Of a stretch of DNA of 58,816 nucleotides, positions 1 to 9,684 are shown piece after piece (the first letter of the stretch is position 1; every line of letters starts with the position of its first letter). Under the pieces are notes generated by a model, which did not search any database, was not told the DNA's origin, and saw nothing but the letters and a program-made list of their open reading frames with translations. This stretch comes from Thermodesulfobium acidiphilum (GTDB lineage Bacteria; Thermodesulfobiota; Thermodesulfobiia; Thermodesulfobiales; Thermodesulfobiaceae): contig NZ_CP020921.1 of assembly GCF_003057965.1 (NCBI RefSeq), forward strand, positions 456,100 through 514,915. The letters run 5' to 3'. The position numbers were made by a program, and so were the translations under genes.

Positions 1-2
1 GG

Positions 3-521
3 AATTTGGCTCCGCATGATTTGTCAATATTTTTTTATCTGCTTGGACTTGAAGGAGATATTGTGGTATCTAGTACAGGGCATAGTTTTTTGAGCGAAGA
101 TAGGGTAGATATTGCCCATGTAACGCTTGAATTTAAAGATATATTTGGAAATATCTTTGTTTCCTGGTTACATCCTCGTAAAATTCAGCAAACAGTAGTT
201 ATAGGGACGAAGAAAATGGCTATATTTGATGATAGAGCTCCTCATAAGCTGATTCTTTACAATAAAGGAGCTAAGATTGTTAACGGAAAGCCATTTTTAA
301 ATTCTGGTGGAGAAAAGATAGTTGACTTTGAACAAAGCGAACCGTTGAAAAATGAATGCAGATCTTTTATTGAGTCGATTATATATAAAAAGGATCCAAT
401 AACTGAGGGTATGCAAGGTTTAAGAATCCTCGAAATTCTTGAGGCTGCAGAGGAATCTATACTAAAGAAGGGTGCTCCTGTTAAGTTGTCTTACAAATCT
501 AAAAAGGGTGTCCTTATATAA
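3..521 (+). CDS. Gfo/Idh/MocA-family oxidoreductase, C-terminal part (5' end outside window)
   Basis: Frame open from window start; LAPHDLS, VSWLHP.K, EPLKNEC..F and G..GLR.LEILEAA motifs typical of the family. Confidence 0.8.
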   Translation, partial: NLAPHDLSIFFYLLGLEGDIVVSSTGHSFLSEDRVDIAHVTLEFKDIFGNIFVSWLHPRKIQQTVVIGTKKMAIFDDRAPHKLILYNKGAKIVNGKPFLNSGGEKIVDFEQSEPLKNECRSFIESIIYKKDPITEGMQGLRILEILEAAEESILKKGAPVKLSYKSKKGVLI

Positions 522-522
522 A

Positions 523-1677
523 GTGTTCTTTCATGCTTTTAGTTCTAGTGAAGCTATCTTAAAAAACATAAAAATTGTTGATTCTACTTTAAGGGATGGA
601 GAACAAACAGCGGGGGTTATTTTTACTAAACAAGATAAAGTTAAAATTGCTAAAGAATTAAATGATTTAGGTATTTATCAAATTGAAGCTGGAATACCTG
701 CCATGCTGGGGGAGGAGTTTGAAGCCATTTCGGCTATTGTTAAACTTGGTTTAAAATCAAAGATAATGTCCTGGAATAGGCCCGTTTTGTCCGATATTGA
801 CATGTCTTTGAAATCAGGAGTAGATTCGGTTGGAATTTCCTGTCCAATTTCTCCAATTCATCTACACTTTAAATTGGGATTAGAATTTGATGAAGCTCTT
901 AAATTAACTGATAAAGCAATAAATTATGCAAAAAAACATGGCCTTTATGTCTCTACTCATATGGAAGATGCAGGAAGGGCGCCAAGGAATTTTTTGGTTA
1001 GATTCGCTCTTATGGCAAAAGAATCTGGCTCTGATAGACTTAGAATTTGTGACACTTCAAGCGTAATGGATCCGTTTAAAGTTCATGAAACAGTAACCTA
1101 TTTGTCTGAGAGAGTGGGCATACCCTTAGAAGTTCACATGCATAACGATTTTGGTATGGCTACGGCAAACACCCTTGTTGGCATTGCCTCTGGCAGCGAG
1201 TTTGCAAGCGTTACTGTTTTAGGATTGGGGAAAATGGCAGGGAACGCTTCTTTGGAGGAGGTTATTGCTGCGCTAAAGTTTCTCTGGGGAGTAGACCTGG
1301 GGGTTGACCTCAAAGGAATGGCTTCTTTATCAAAGTATGTGAGCAAGAAATCAGGTATAGAAATACCTGATTTTAAACCTATAATTGGCAAGAAGCTCTT
1401 CAGTACTGAATCCGGAATCTCACTGGATGCAAGAAAGATGGGAGAAAAGATTTCGGCTTTTTCAGCTCAAGACCTTGGGATGGTAGAACAACTGGTAATT
1501 GGTAAGCATTCTGGTCCTAAAGCTATAAAAAACAAATTTGAAGAATTTGGTATCCAACTAAGTGACGAACAAATAAACGTTATATTGCCAAAAATTAAAG
1601 CAAAAGTTTTAGAATTATCAAGAACTCTTTTTGACAAAGAATTGATGTTGATCTATAAGGAAACTTTTAATAATTAA
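523..1677 (+). CDS. Homocitrate synthase-like (NifV/LeuA DRE-TIM) protein with divergent active-site motifs; start uncertain (GTG 508 or 523)
   Basis: DSTLRDGEQ, IEAG, HMHNDFGMATAN and IGKHSG motifs; no LeuA regulatory domain. Confidence 0.75.
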   Translation: MFFHAFSSSEAILKNIKIVDSTLRDGEQTAGVIFTKQDKVKIAKELNDLGIYQIEAGIPAMLGEEFEAISAIVKLGLKSKIMSWNRPVLSDIDMSLKSGVDSVGISCPISPIHLHFKLGLEFDEALKLTDKAINYAKKHGLYVSTHMEDAGRAPRNFLVRFALMAKESGSDRLRICDTSSVMDPFKVHETVTYLSERVGIPLEVHMHNDFGMATANTLVGIASGSEFASVTVLGLGKMAGNASLEEVIAALKFLWGVDLGVDLKGMASLSKYVSKKSGIEIPDFKPIIGKKLFSTESGISLDARKMGEKISAFSAQDLGMVEQLVIGKHSGPKAIKNKFEEFGIQLSDEQINVILPKIKAKVLELSRTLFDKELMLIYKETFNN

Positions 1678-1868
1678 TAATTCTTCAATTTTTTATAAGT
1701 ACTTGAGTACTATATTAATTTAAATATTTGATTTATTCAGACATTTCAAAACATTTGGTATACTTTTTTTTTAAAAAAATGCATACTATACATTTATAAT
1801 GTTTATAGTTCATTCTTAAGTATTTAGCTTTTTTTAAGTTGCGTTCACATATAAAAGGAGGTCTGATA

Positions 1869-2444
1869 ATGAAAAGTTATTGGGAAATTCGTTGGCACGC
1901 AAGAGGAGGACAAGGGGCATGGACGGCCTCTCAATTTCTTGCATCAGCTGCACTGAGTGTTAATAAATACTTTCAATCCTTTCCTGAATTTGGAGCCGAA
2001 AGAGAAGGAGCTCCTATCGTAGCTTATACTAAAATATCTGATATGCCAATAAAAAATTATTCCCAAATAGAGGAACCTGATGCGGTAGTGGTTCTTGATC
2101 CTACTTTATTTTCCCAAGTAAACTTTTTAAACGGTCTTAAAAGTGATGGATACTTAGTAGTTAATTATCCTGATGAACCCAAACAGCTTAGAGAAGAATT
2201 AAAAATTGCGCCTGGGATAAAAGTTTTTACAGTTGATGCCACAAAAATAGCTTTGGAAACTTTAAAAAGGCCTATAACCAATACCACTATGGCAGGTGCA
2301 CTGGTTAAGGCGACTGGGATACTCAATTTCGAGGATGTCGTAAACGAAATGGTAAGAAGCTTTAGCGGTAAGTTCAAGCAGGAAATTATTGATGCAAACG
2401 TCAATGCCATTAGAAGAGCATATGAGGAGGTGAAACAGGGATGA
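1869..2444 (+). CDS. porC: Pyruvate/2-oxoacid:ferredoxin oxidoreductase gamma subunit
   Basis: EIRWHARGGQG, FGAEREGAP; SD AAGGAGG before ATG 1869. Confidence 0.92.
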   Translation: MKSYWEIRWHARGGQGAWTASQFLASAALSVNKYFQSFPEFGAEREGAPIVAYTKISDMPIKNYSQIEEPDAVVVLDPTLFSQVNFLNGLKSDGYLVVNYPDEPKQLREELKIAPGIKVFTVDATKIALETLKRPITNTTMAGALVKATGILNFEDVVNEMVRSFSGKFKQEIIDANVNAIRRAYEEVKQG

Positions 2445-2800
2445 ACAAAGATATAAAGAGAATTGAAATACCATGTGAAGAGAAATTAGTTTGGGAAGAA
2501 ATGCCTGTAGGAAATGTTCTGGTTGGAGGTGCTAATTCTAAGTGCTTGAAGACTGGTACCTGGAGGGTTCAGCACCCTACTGTGAATAAAGAGAAATGTA
2601 CTAATTGTATGACTTGTTGGCTTTTTTGTCCGGATATGTCAATTGTTGTTGAAAACAAAAATGGAAAATATGAAATGTTTGGATTTGATCCCGTGCACTG
2701 TAAAGGTTGTGGAGTTTGTAGTAAAGTTTGCCCGGTAAATGCTATTGAGATGGTGTTAGGATCTGATTTTGAAAATACTGAAAAGCCATTCTTGAGATAA
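2441..2800 (+). CDS. porD: Pyruvate/2-oxoacid:ferredoxin oxidoreductase delta subunit (2x[4Fe-4S])
   Basis: TGTWR, CTNCMTCWLFCP, CKGCGVCSKVCP; overlaps porC by 4 nt. Confidence 0.92.
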   Translation: MNKDIKRIEIPCEEKLVWEEMPVGNVLVGGANSKCLKTGTWRVQHPTVNKEKCTNCMTCWLFCPDMSIVVENKNGKYEMFGFDPVHCKGCGVCSKVCPVNAIEMVLGSDFENTEKPFLR

Positions 2801-2811
2801 CGGAGGGTCAT

Positions 2812-3999
2812 ATGGCGAGAAAAAGTGTTGGTTTAACCGGAGATTATGCAGTAGCAGAAGCAATGAGACAAATTGATCCAGATGTGGTTGCAGTTTATCC
2901 TATTACGCCTCAGACTTTGATAGTTGAAAAGTTTGGAGAATTTGTGGCTGATGGTATTGTGCATACTGAATTTGTACCTGTAGAATCAGAACATTCGGCG
3001 CTTTCAGCATGTTGTGGCGCATCAGCTGCAGGAGCCAGAACAATGACCTGTACTTCTTCACAGGGGCTTGCGCTTATGCATGAAATTTTATATATAGCAG
3101 CAGGGAATAGACATCCAATTGTAATGATAAACGTTAATAGAGCGCTTTCTGCTCCTATCAACATTCACGGCGATCACAGCGATACTATGGGTTCAAGAGA
3201 CGCTGGTTGGATTCATCTTTATTGTTTCAATGGCCAGGAGGCATACGATTCAACGATTATTGCTACAAGAATTGCTGAAAATTCAAATGTTTATTTGCCA
3301 GTTATTGTAGGTCTTGATGCTTTTAATATTTCTCATAATACCGAAAGGATAGAGCTTCTGGACGATCAAGAGGTAAAAGACTTTGTTGGAGAGTTTAATC
3401 CACCTTACTCGCTTTTGGACGTGAAGTATCCAGTGAGTGTGGGTGCTTACTTTTTGCCAGACTACTATATGGAGGCCAGAAGAAAACTCCAAGAGGTTAT
3501 CCAGAATTCAAAAAAGATAATTGTAGAAATTCATGAAGAATATAACAAAAAATTTGGAAGAAATGTTCCTGCTATTATGGAAACCTATAGGATGGAAGAT
3601 GCTGAGTATGCTATTTTGGCTATGTCATCAATAACTGGCGTTGCAATGCTTGCAGCTGATGAACTTAGATCTAAAGGGATTAAAGCAGGAGTAATAAGGC
3701 TCAGATTATTTAGACCATTCCCTGCTGAAGAATTATATGAAGCAATTTTTAATCTGAAAGGATTGGCTGTTGTTGAGAGAGCGGATGCTTATGGAGCGGC
3801 TTGCGCTCCAATTTTTTCTGAGTTGTCAGGTGCTTGTGCAAATAAAAAGAAGATGCCCCTGATGGCTAACTATATAATTGGTTTGGGTGGAAGAGATGTA
3901 AAAATTAGGGATATGAAAGGTGTTTTTGAAGATATAATGTCTAAAGTTGATAAGGGAGAGGTAAAAGATTTGAGACAGTATATAGGCGTGAAAGGATAA
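2812..3999 (+). CDS. porA: Pyruvate/2-oxoacid:ferredoxin oxidoreductase alpha subunit
   Basis: YPITPQT, ESEHSA, TSSQGLALMHE, GLGGRD. Confidence 0.93.
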   Translation: MARKSVGLTGDYAVAEAMRQIDPDVVAVYPITPQTLIVEKFGEFVADGIVHTEFVPVESEHSALSACCGASAAGARTMTCTSSQGLALMHEILYIAAGNRHPIVMINVNRALSAPINIHGDHSDTMGSRDAGWIHLYCFNGQEAYDSTIIATRIAENSNVYLPVIVGLDAFNISHNTERIELLDDQEVKDFVGEFNPPYSLLDVKYPVSVGAYFLPDYYMEARRKLQEVIQNSKKIIVEIHEEYNKKFGRNVPAIMETYRMEDAEYAILAMSSITGVAMLAADELRSKGIKAGVIRLRLFRPFPAEELYEAIFNLKGLAVVERADAYGAACAPIFSELSGACANKKKMPLMANYIIGLGGRDVKIRDMKGVFEDIMSKVDKGEVKDLRQYIGVKG

Positions 4000-4015
4000 A
4001 GGAGGGATAAATTAT

Positions 4016-4999
4016 ATGGCTTTTAAATTAACTGAGTTACCAAAAAAAGAATTGCCTATAACTTCAGGACATAGAGTTTGTGCTGGCTGTCCTGAACCCA
4101 TGATAATAAAGCAAGCTATATTAGCGTCAAATGAACCAGTAGTGGTTGGTGAGGCTACAGGTTGTTTTGAGGTTTCATCCTGTATTTTTCCGTATACGTC
4201 CTGGAACGTAAACTGGTATCATAATGCTTTTGAAAACGCTGCTGCTATTACTTCTGGTATGGAAGCAGCTTATAAAGCGCTTTCTAAAGTAGGCAAGGTT
4301 ACTGAACCTATCAACTTTATAGCCTTTGGTGGTGACGGTGGAACATATGATATTGGTCTTCAAGCTCTTTCCGGTGCTATGGAAAGAGGACACAGAATGC
4401 TTTATATTTGTATGGATAATCAGGCATACATGAATACAGGAATCCAAAGATCAGGTGCTACTCCGCTTGGAGCATGGACGACAACCTGTCATGTAGGAAA
4501 GGCAAGACCTGGTAACGTACGTGCAAACTTGAGAAAGGACATAGTAGCTATAATGGCTGCTCATGATATTGCATATGCTGCTCAGGCCTCTTTGTCGCAC
4601 TGGAATGATTTTATGAGAAAAGTACAAAAAGCTCTTTCTTATGATGGGCCAAGTTTTATCACAGTGCTTGCACCTTGCCCAAGAGGGTGGAGATTTCCTG
4701 CTTCAGAAACTGTAAACATTGCAAAGCTTGCAGTAGAAACAGGCTTTTGGCCACTTTATGAAGTAGACAATGGTCAGTGGAATGTTACCTTTAAGCCAAG
4801 AGAGCTAAAACCGCTTGAGGATTTCTTAAAGACTCAGGGAAGATATGCCCATTTGTTTAAATCAGAAGAAGGAAAACAAGTCATTGAACGCATTAAAGAG
4901 CTTATACAATATAAGCTTAATTACATTAATCACATGGCAGAAGCTACAAAAGGTTGCGAAATGAATATTTTTGGACGCTGTGCATTCCCAGAAGTGTAA
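4016..4999 (+). CDS. porB: Pyruvate/2-oxoacid:ferredoxin oxidoreductase beta subunit
   Basis: GHRVCAGC, ATGC, GGDGG...DNQAYMNTG TPP-binding motif, PCPRGW. Confidence 0.93.
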   Translation: MAFKLTELPKKELPITSGHRVCAGCPEPMIIKQAILASNEPVVVGEATGCFEVSSCIFPYTSWNVNWYHNAFENAAAITSGMEAAYKALSKVGKVTEPINFIAFGGDGGTYDIGLQALSGAMERGHRMLYICMDNQAYMNTGIQRSGATPLGAWTTTCHVGKARPGNVRANLRKDIVAIMAAHDIAYAAQASLSHWNDFMRKVQKALSYDGPSFITVLAPCPRGWRFPASETVNIAKLAVETGFWPLYEVDNGQWNVTFKPRELKPLEDFLKTQGRYAHLFKSEEGKQVIERIKELIQYKLNYINHMAEATKGCEMNIFGRCAFPEV

Positions 5000-5033
5000 T
5001 TCATTTTAATTTACCAAACATTTTAAAGTTAAT

Positions 5034-5063
5034 GGGGACTGAGAGAATCAGTCCCCTTTTTTT
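5034..5063 (+). terminator. Rho-independent terminator of por operon
   Basis: GGGGACTGA-gagaa-TCAGTCCCC followed by T7. Confidence 0.9.
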
Positions 5064-5200
5064 ATATATTTATTTTTTAAAAGTTCAAATATAAAACTTT
5101 TATAAGTTAATTTAAAGGTTTTTCATTTGTATTTTTCTTATAATTTGTTTAAAATATATTGTAGCAATTAAACAGAAATATATTTATTTAAATGAATAAA

Positions 5201-5288
5201 TTTTCCCGGGGAGCTCGAAAGGGCTGAGATAGGCTTGAGGCCTGACCCGCTGAACCTGAATCGGGTAATACCGACGAAGGGAGAGAAA
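5201..5288 (+). ncRNA. TPP riboswitch aptamer
   Basis: GGGGAGC..GCTGAGA..TGACCC..GAACCTGA..GGGTAATACC.ACGAAGG consensus upstream of thi genes; P1 TTTTCCC/GGGAGAG. Confidence 0.95.
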
Positions 5289-5293
5289 TTGAT

Positions 5294-5320
5294 AACTCCC
5301 AAGGTCGGGAGTTTTTTATT
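5294..5320 (+). terminator. TPP riboswitch expression-platform terminator
   Basis: AACTCCC-aaggtc-GGGAGTT plus T tract, between aptamer and thiE. Confidence 0.85.
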
Positions 5321-5350
5321 TTTTCATATTTGGAGAGGTAAAAGAAAAAA

Positions 5351-6358
5351 ATGCTTTCTAAGACTTATATTAATAGAGTTATAGATGCCAATCGAAATAG
5401 ATGTATTGAAGGCTTAAGAGTTGTTGAAGATTATTTAAGGTTTATAAAAAATGACTTAACTAATTCCTCTACGATTAGGAATATTAGACACGAAATATCA
5501 AGAATTTTAGATTTTGATATGATTGGCGAAAGAGATGTCAAATCTGATATAGGAAAAAATAACTTTCATAGCCCATACACAGAAATGGATCAAGTCTTAA
5601 GAGCTAACCTATCAAGAATTAAAGAAAGTTTGAGAGTTTTAGAAGAATTTACAAGATATATCGATACTTCCATTAGCGATCAAATAATGAATATAAGATT
5701 TGGGTTTTATGAAATAGAAAAGAGGTTATTATCTAATAAAGACCTTGAAAAAATTTATATATTAGCAGACATAGATCTGGCAAAAAATGAATCAGATCTT
5801 TTTGAAGGTCTCAAAATACTTTCAGATAATAATGTGAGATTAGTTCAACTAAGAGCAAAAAAATTTTCTACCAAAAAGTTCTATGAACTAGGAGAGAAGA
5901 TAATTGAATTTTTTCCACATTTTAAATTGATAATTAATGATAAAGTTGAAGTAGCGCTTGCTTTAGAGTCTTACGGCGTTCACGTTGGAGAGGATGAATT
6001 ACCGTTTAATGTTACAAGAAAGTTGATGGGGAATAAAGTAGTAGGGGCTACAGTTCACAATGTCGAAGATCTTAGACTTTCTCAAGTAGCTAAAGTAGAT
6101 TATATTGGTGTCGGCGCTATTTATCCCTCTACTACTAAACCGGATTGTCAATTAAACGGTGTTGAGTTCTTAAAAAAGATAAGGGCTTTAACTACAACCT
6201 TTATATATGCTATTGGTGGTATAAACTCAAAAAATGCTAGGAAAGTTTTTGATGCTGGTGCTGATGGGATTTGTGTAGGAAGCGGTTTTTGGTATGCTAA
6301 GGATAGAGTTGAAGAGATAAAAAGGTTGATTCATATTTCGAATGAGGAGGAAAATTAG
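5351..6358 (+). CDS. thiE: Thiamine-phosphate synthase with N-terminal ThiD2-type domain
   Basis: N-terminal RVIDAN.NR..EGLRVVED and ESLRVLEE; C-terminal VQLRAK, IIND, GVHVG, PSTTK, AIGGI. Confidence 0.88.
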   Translation: MLSKTYINRVIDANRNRCIEGLRVVEDYLRFIKNDLTNSSTIRNIRHEISRILDFDMIGERDVKSDIGKNNFHSPYTEMDQVLRANLSRIKESLRVLEEFTRYIDTSISDQIMNIRFGFYEIEKRLLSNKDLEKIYILADIDLAKNESDLFEGLKILSDNNVRLVQLRAKKFSTKKFYELGEKIIEFFPHFKLIINDKVEVALALESYGVHVGEDELPFNVTRKLMGNKVVGATVHNVEDLRLSQVAKVDYIGVGAIYPSTTKPDCQLNGVEFLKKIRALTTTFIYAIGGINSKNARKVFDAGADGICVGSGFWYAKDRVEEIKRLIHISNEEEN

Positions 6359-7657
6359 ATGACTCAGAGGGAGTCTGCTATAAAGGGTATTGTTACTGAT
6401 GCTATGAAATTCGTTTCAGAATATGAAGGATTAAGTGTTGAGTATATTTTAGAACAGCTTGTTTCAGGAACAGTTTGTATTCCTGCAAACATAAACCACA
6501 GACCAATATCCTACAGAGGAATTGGAAAAGGCCTAAAAACAAAAATAAATGCTAATATAGGAACTTCAAGTGATTTTCCAGATTTAGATGAAGAACTTGC
6601 AAAGTTAGAAGTTGCTATTAAAAGTGGTGCAGATGCGGTAATGGACCTTTCTACAGGAGGAGATCTAATAAAAATTAGAGAAAAACTTTTAGCAAAGTGC
6701 AATGTGCCATTTGGTACTGTGCCTATATATGAGGTAGCTGTTAATGCGCTTGAGAAGTATGGTGCAATCGTAAAGATGAAAGTTGATGACATTTTTGAAG
6801 TTATAGAAAAACAGGGCAAACAAGGAGTTGATTTTATAACAGTTCATGTTGGTGTTACCAGGTCTTCTATTGAGAGATTGAGAAAACAAAAAAGAATAGC
6901 AGATATTGTAAGTAGAGGTGGATCGTTTTTGACTGCCTGGATTTTGCACAATGATAGAGAAAATCCCCTTTATGAAAATTATGATAGATTATTAGAGATT
7001 GCCAAAAAATATGATATGACCCTTTCTTTGGGAGATGGAATGAGACCTGGGGCGCTGGCTGACGCAACTGACAGATGCCAGATTGAAGAATTGATAACTT
7101 TGGGAGAATTAACAAAAACAGCTCTTGATAATGGGGTTCAGGTAATGGTAGAAGGGCCTGGTCATGTTCCGATTGATCAGATAGAAACAAATATTAAGAT
7201 CCAGAAGTCGCTTTGTCAGGGAGCTCCATTTTATGTGTTGGGTCCCTTAGTAACTGACGTTGCTCCGGGATACGATCACATAACATCTGCAATTGGTGGG
7301 GCAATTGCAGGCATGTATGGAGCTGACTTTTTGTGTTACGTAACACCTGCAGAACACCTTGGTTTGCCGACTTTGGAAGATGTAAAGGAAGGAGTAATTG
7401 CAGCGAAGATAGCTGCACATGCAGCCGATATTGCAAAAGGGATCAAAGGCTCCCTTGATTGGGATATAAAAATGGCTAAGGCAAGAAAAGCTCTTGACTG
7501 GAAAAAGCAGATTGAACTTTCTATAGATCCAGAAAAGTCTTCTAAAATTTATAACAGTAGAAAGTCATCTGAAGAACAGGGTTGTAGTATGTGTGGCAAG
7601 TATTGTGCTATGAAAATTGTTTCTGAGTATTTAGATACAGAAATTAAAAAATGTTAA
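6359..7657 (+). CDS. thiC: Phosphomethylpyrimidine synthase
   Basis: KINANIGTS, MDLSTGG, SRGGS, EGPGHVP, YVTPAEHL, CSMCGKYC. Confidence 0.96.
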   Translation: MTQRESAIKGIVTDAMKFVSEYEGLSVEYILEQLVSGTVCIPANINHRPISYRGIGKGLKTKINANIGTSSDFPDLDEELAKLEVAIKSGADAVMDLSTGGDLIKIREKLLAKCNVPFGTVPIYEVAVNALEKYGAIVKMKVDDIFEVIEKQGKQGVDFITVHVGVTRSSIERLRKQKRIADIVSRGGSFLTAWILHNDRENPLYENYDRLLEIAKKYDMTLSLGDGMRPGALADATDRCQIEELITLGELTKTALDNGVQVMVEGPGHVPIDQIETNIKIQKSLCQGAPFYVLGPLVTDVAPGYDHITSAIGGAIAGMYGADFLCYVTPAEHLGLPTLEDVKEGVIAAKIAAHAADIAKGIKGSLDWDIKMAKARKALDWKKQIELSIDPEKSSKIYNSRKSSEEQGCSMCGKYCAMKIVSEYLDTEIKKC

Positions 7658-8634
7658 AAATAAAAGATATTGGAGAATTTGGTTTTATAGATAGTATAAA
7701 ACCAGAAGAAACAGTAGAAGATCTTAAAGTTGGAATTGGAGATGATGCTGCAATAATTTCTCCTTATGGGGAGTTCGATATAGTTGTCACTACAGATATG
7801 TTAGTAGAAGGCACTCACTTTTTGGCAGATACAGATCCTTTTGCTATTGGATACAGATCTATGTGTGCAAATTTATCTGATATTGCGGCAATGGGAGCTA
7901 TACCGAAATTTTATTTTGTATCCCTTGGTATAAACCCCGAAAGAGATTTTAATTATGCGAGGGATATATATAAAGGCTTTAATTCTCTTGCTGAGCAATT
8001 TAACACTCATCTGGCTGGAGGAGACACAGTTAAATCTGATAAAACAATTATTTCTATTACTTTGATCGGTTATGTTGAGAAATCTATAACCATTGAAAGA
8101 AAGGGGAAGATAGAAGCTAAAGACCTTGTTATTTCTGTAGGGCCCCTGGGTTATTCTGGAGCAGGATTGGAAGTAATCAAAAATAAATTTGACGGCTTTG
8201 ATGAACTGGTAAAGGTTTTTCTGTATCCTTATCCTCAGATTATTGCAGGGCGTATTTTAGGACAGTCGAAATTGGTACGCGTAATGATGGATAATTCTGA
8301 CGGGTTAGCTAGTTGTATTGAAAATTTAGTTGTAAAGAACGGTTTTGGAGCCATTCTTTTTGAGGAAGGGCTTTTTGACGAAAGATTAAAGGCTATTGCA
8401 GAATTTACAAATAGAAACTATCTTGATTTTGTATTTAATGGGGGAGAGGATTTTGGGCTTGTGGCAGTAATAAAAAAAGACGGCTTTTTGGATTTATCTT
8501 ACTTTTTGGAAAAGTCACTTTTTAATAATAGTGTAAAGGTAATAGGAGAAATAACTCAAAACAAAGAGATAATCCTAAAAAGATTGGACAATAGTTTGCT
8601 TGAAATAAACAAATCTGGTTATGTTCAGTTTTAA
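7651..8634 (+). CDS. thiL: Thiamine-monophosphate kinase
   Basis: GEFGFI, GIGDDAA, TTDMLVEGTHF, NLSDIAAMG, GGDT, DNSDGL, GGEDF. Confidence 0.95.
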   Translation: MLKIKDIGEFGFIDSIKPEETVEDLKVGIGDDAAIISPYGEFDIVVTTDMLVEGTHFLADTDPFAIGYRSMCANLSDIAAMGAIPKFYFVSLGINPERDFNYARDIYKGFNSLAEQFNTHLAGGDTVKSDKTIISITLIGYVEKSITIERKGKIEAKDLVISVGPLGYSGAGLEVIKNKFDGFDELVKVFLYPYPQIIAGRILGQSKLVRVMMDNSDGLASCIENLVVKNGFGAILFEEGLFDERLKAIAEFTNRNYLDFVFNGGEDFGLVAVIKKDGFLDLSYFLEKSLFNNSVKVIGEITQNKEIILKRLDNSLLEINKSGYVQF

Positions 8635-8696
8635 GTATCCATATTAGGGAATATAAAAGTTTTAGATAAAATTATCTTTTGTAAGTGATTAAGTAT

Positions 8697-8725
8697 TTGA
8701 CAGATATTTTATTTATTGGTATGAT
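8697..8725 (+). promoter_or_regulatory. sigma70-type promoter of the rpsL superoperon
   Basis: TTGACA-17 nt-TATGAT with extended -10 TG. Confidence 0.75.
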
Positions 8726-8789
8726 AACACTTTGTCAATAATTTAAAATATTTTATTAGGAGGTGAACCTCTAAAAGAGGGATTATAGT

Positions 8790-9164
8790 ATGCCCACAAT
8801 TAATCAATTAGTTCGGTATGAACGAGAAAAGCTAATTAAAAAATCAAAATCACCAGCTTTGCAATCTTGTCCTCAAAGAAGAGGAGTTTGTACAAGGGTT
8901 TATACTACTACGCCAAAAAAGCCTAACTCTGCTCTAAGAAAGGTTGCTCGTGTAAAGCTTACTAACGGTTACGAGGTGACGGCTTATATACCTGGCATAG
9001 GACATAATTTACAAGAGCACTCCGTTGTTTTGGTGAGGGGCGGTCGTGTAAAAGATCTCCCGGGCGTTCGTTACCATATTGTAAGAGGAGCTTTAGATGC
9101 AGCCGGTGTTCAAAATAGAGCTCAGGGCCGTTCAAAATATGGCTCTAAAAAACCTAAGAAATAA
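8790..9164 (+). CDS. rpsL: 30S ribosomal protein S12
   Basis: [29 protein letters not shown]. Confidence 0.99.
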   Translation: MPTINQLVRYEREKLIKKSKSPALQSCPQRRGVCTRVYTTTPKKPNSALRKVARVKLTNGYEVTAYIPGIGHNLQEHSVVLVRGGRVKDLPGVRYHIVRGALDAAGVQNRAQGRSKYGSKKPKK

Positions 9165-9184
9165 GCTAAAAGGAGATAAAAGTT

Positions 9185-9655
9185 ATGCCTAGACGTGGAG
9201 GAGTAAAAGTTAGGCAAGTAATGCCCGATCCTGTTACCGGTAGCACGGTTGTGACTAAGATTATTAACAAAATAATGTGGGACGGAAAAAAGAGTAAAGC
9301 AGAAAGTATAATGTATGGAGCACTTGATATAGTAGAAAAAACTATTGGAGAACCTGGAGTCCAGGTTTTGGAAAAAGCAATACAAAATATTACTCCAATC
9401 TTAGAAGTAAGACCAAGGCGTGTTGGTGGTGCTGTATATCAAATACCTATTGAAGTAGAACCGAGAAGAGGTTTGGCTCTTGCAATTAGATGGATTGTAG
9501 ATGCTGCTAGAGCAAGAACAGGTAAATCTATGAAAGAAAATCTAGCTCAAGAGATTATAGACGGATATAGAGGAACAGGAACAGGCATTAAAAAGAGAGA
9601 AGATATGCATAAGATGGCAGAAGCTAACAGAGCTTTTGCTCATTATAGATGGTGA
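9185..9655 (+). CDS. rpsG: 30S ribosomal protein S7
   Basis: [26 protein letters not shown]. Confidence 0.99.
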   Translation: MPRRGGVKVRQVMPDPVTGSTVVTKIINKIMWDGKKSKAESIMYGALDIVEKTIGEPGVQVLEKAIQNITPILEVRPRRVGGAVYQIPIEVEPRRGLALAIRWIVDAARARTGKSMKENLAQEIIDGYRGTGTGIKKREDMHKMAEANRAFAHYRW

Positions 9656-9684
9656 TAAATTAACAAATTAAGGATGGAGTGTTT

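Noticed and set aside
1698-1711. AGTACT-tg-AGTACT upstream of porC as an operator
   Set aside because: Short, single instance in AT-rich DNA; cannot be supported
9653-9658. TGA-TAA at the rpsG end as recoding
   Set aside because: S7 ends at its canonical HYRW; this is a tandem stop with no SECIS-like hairpin
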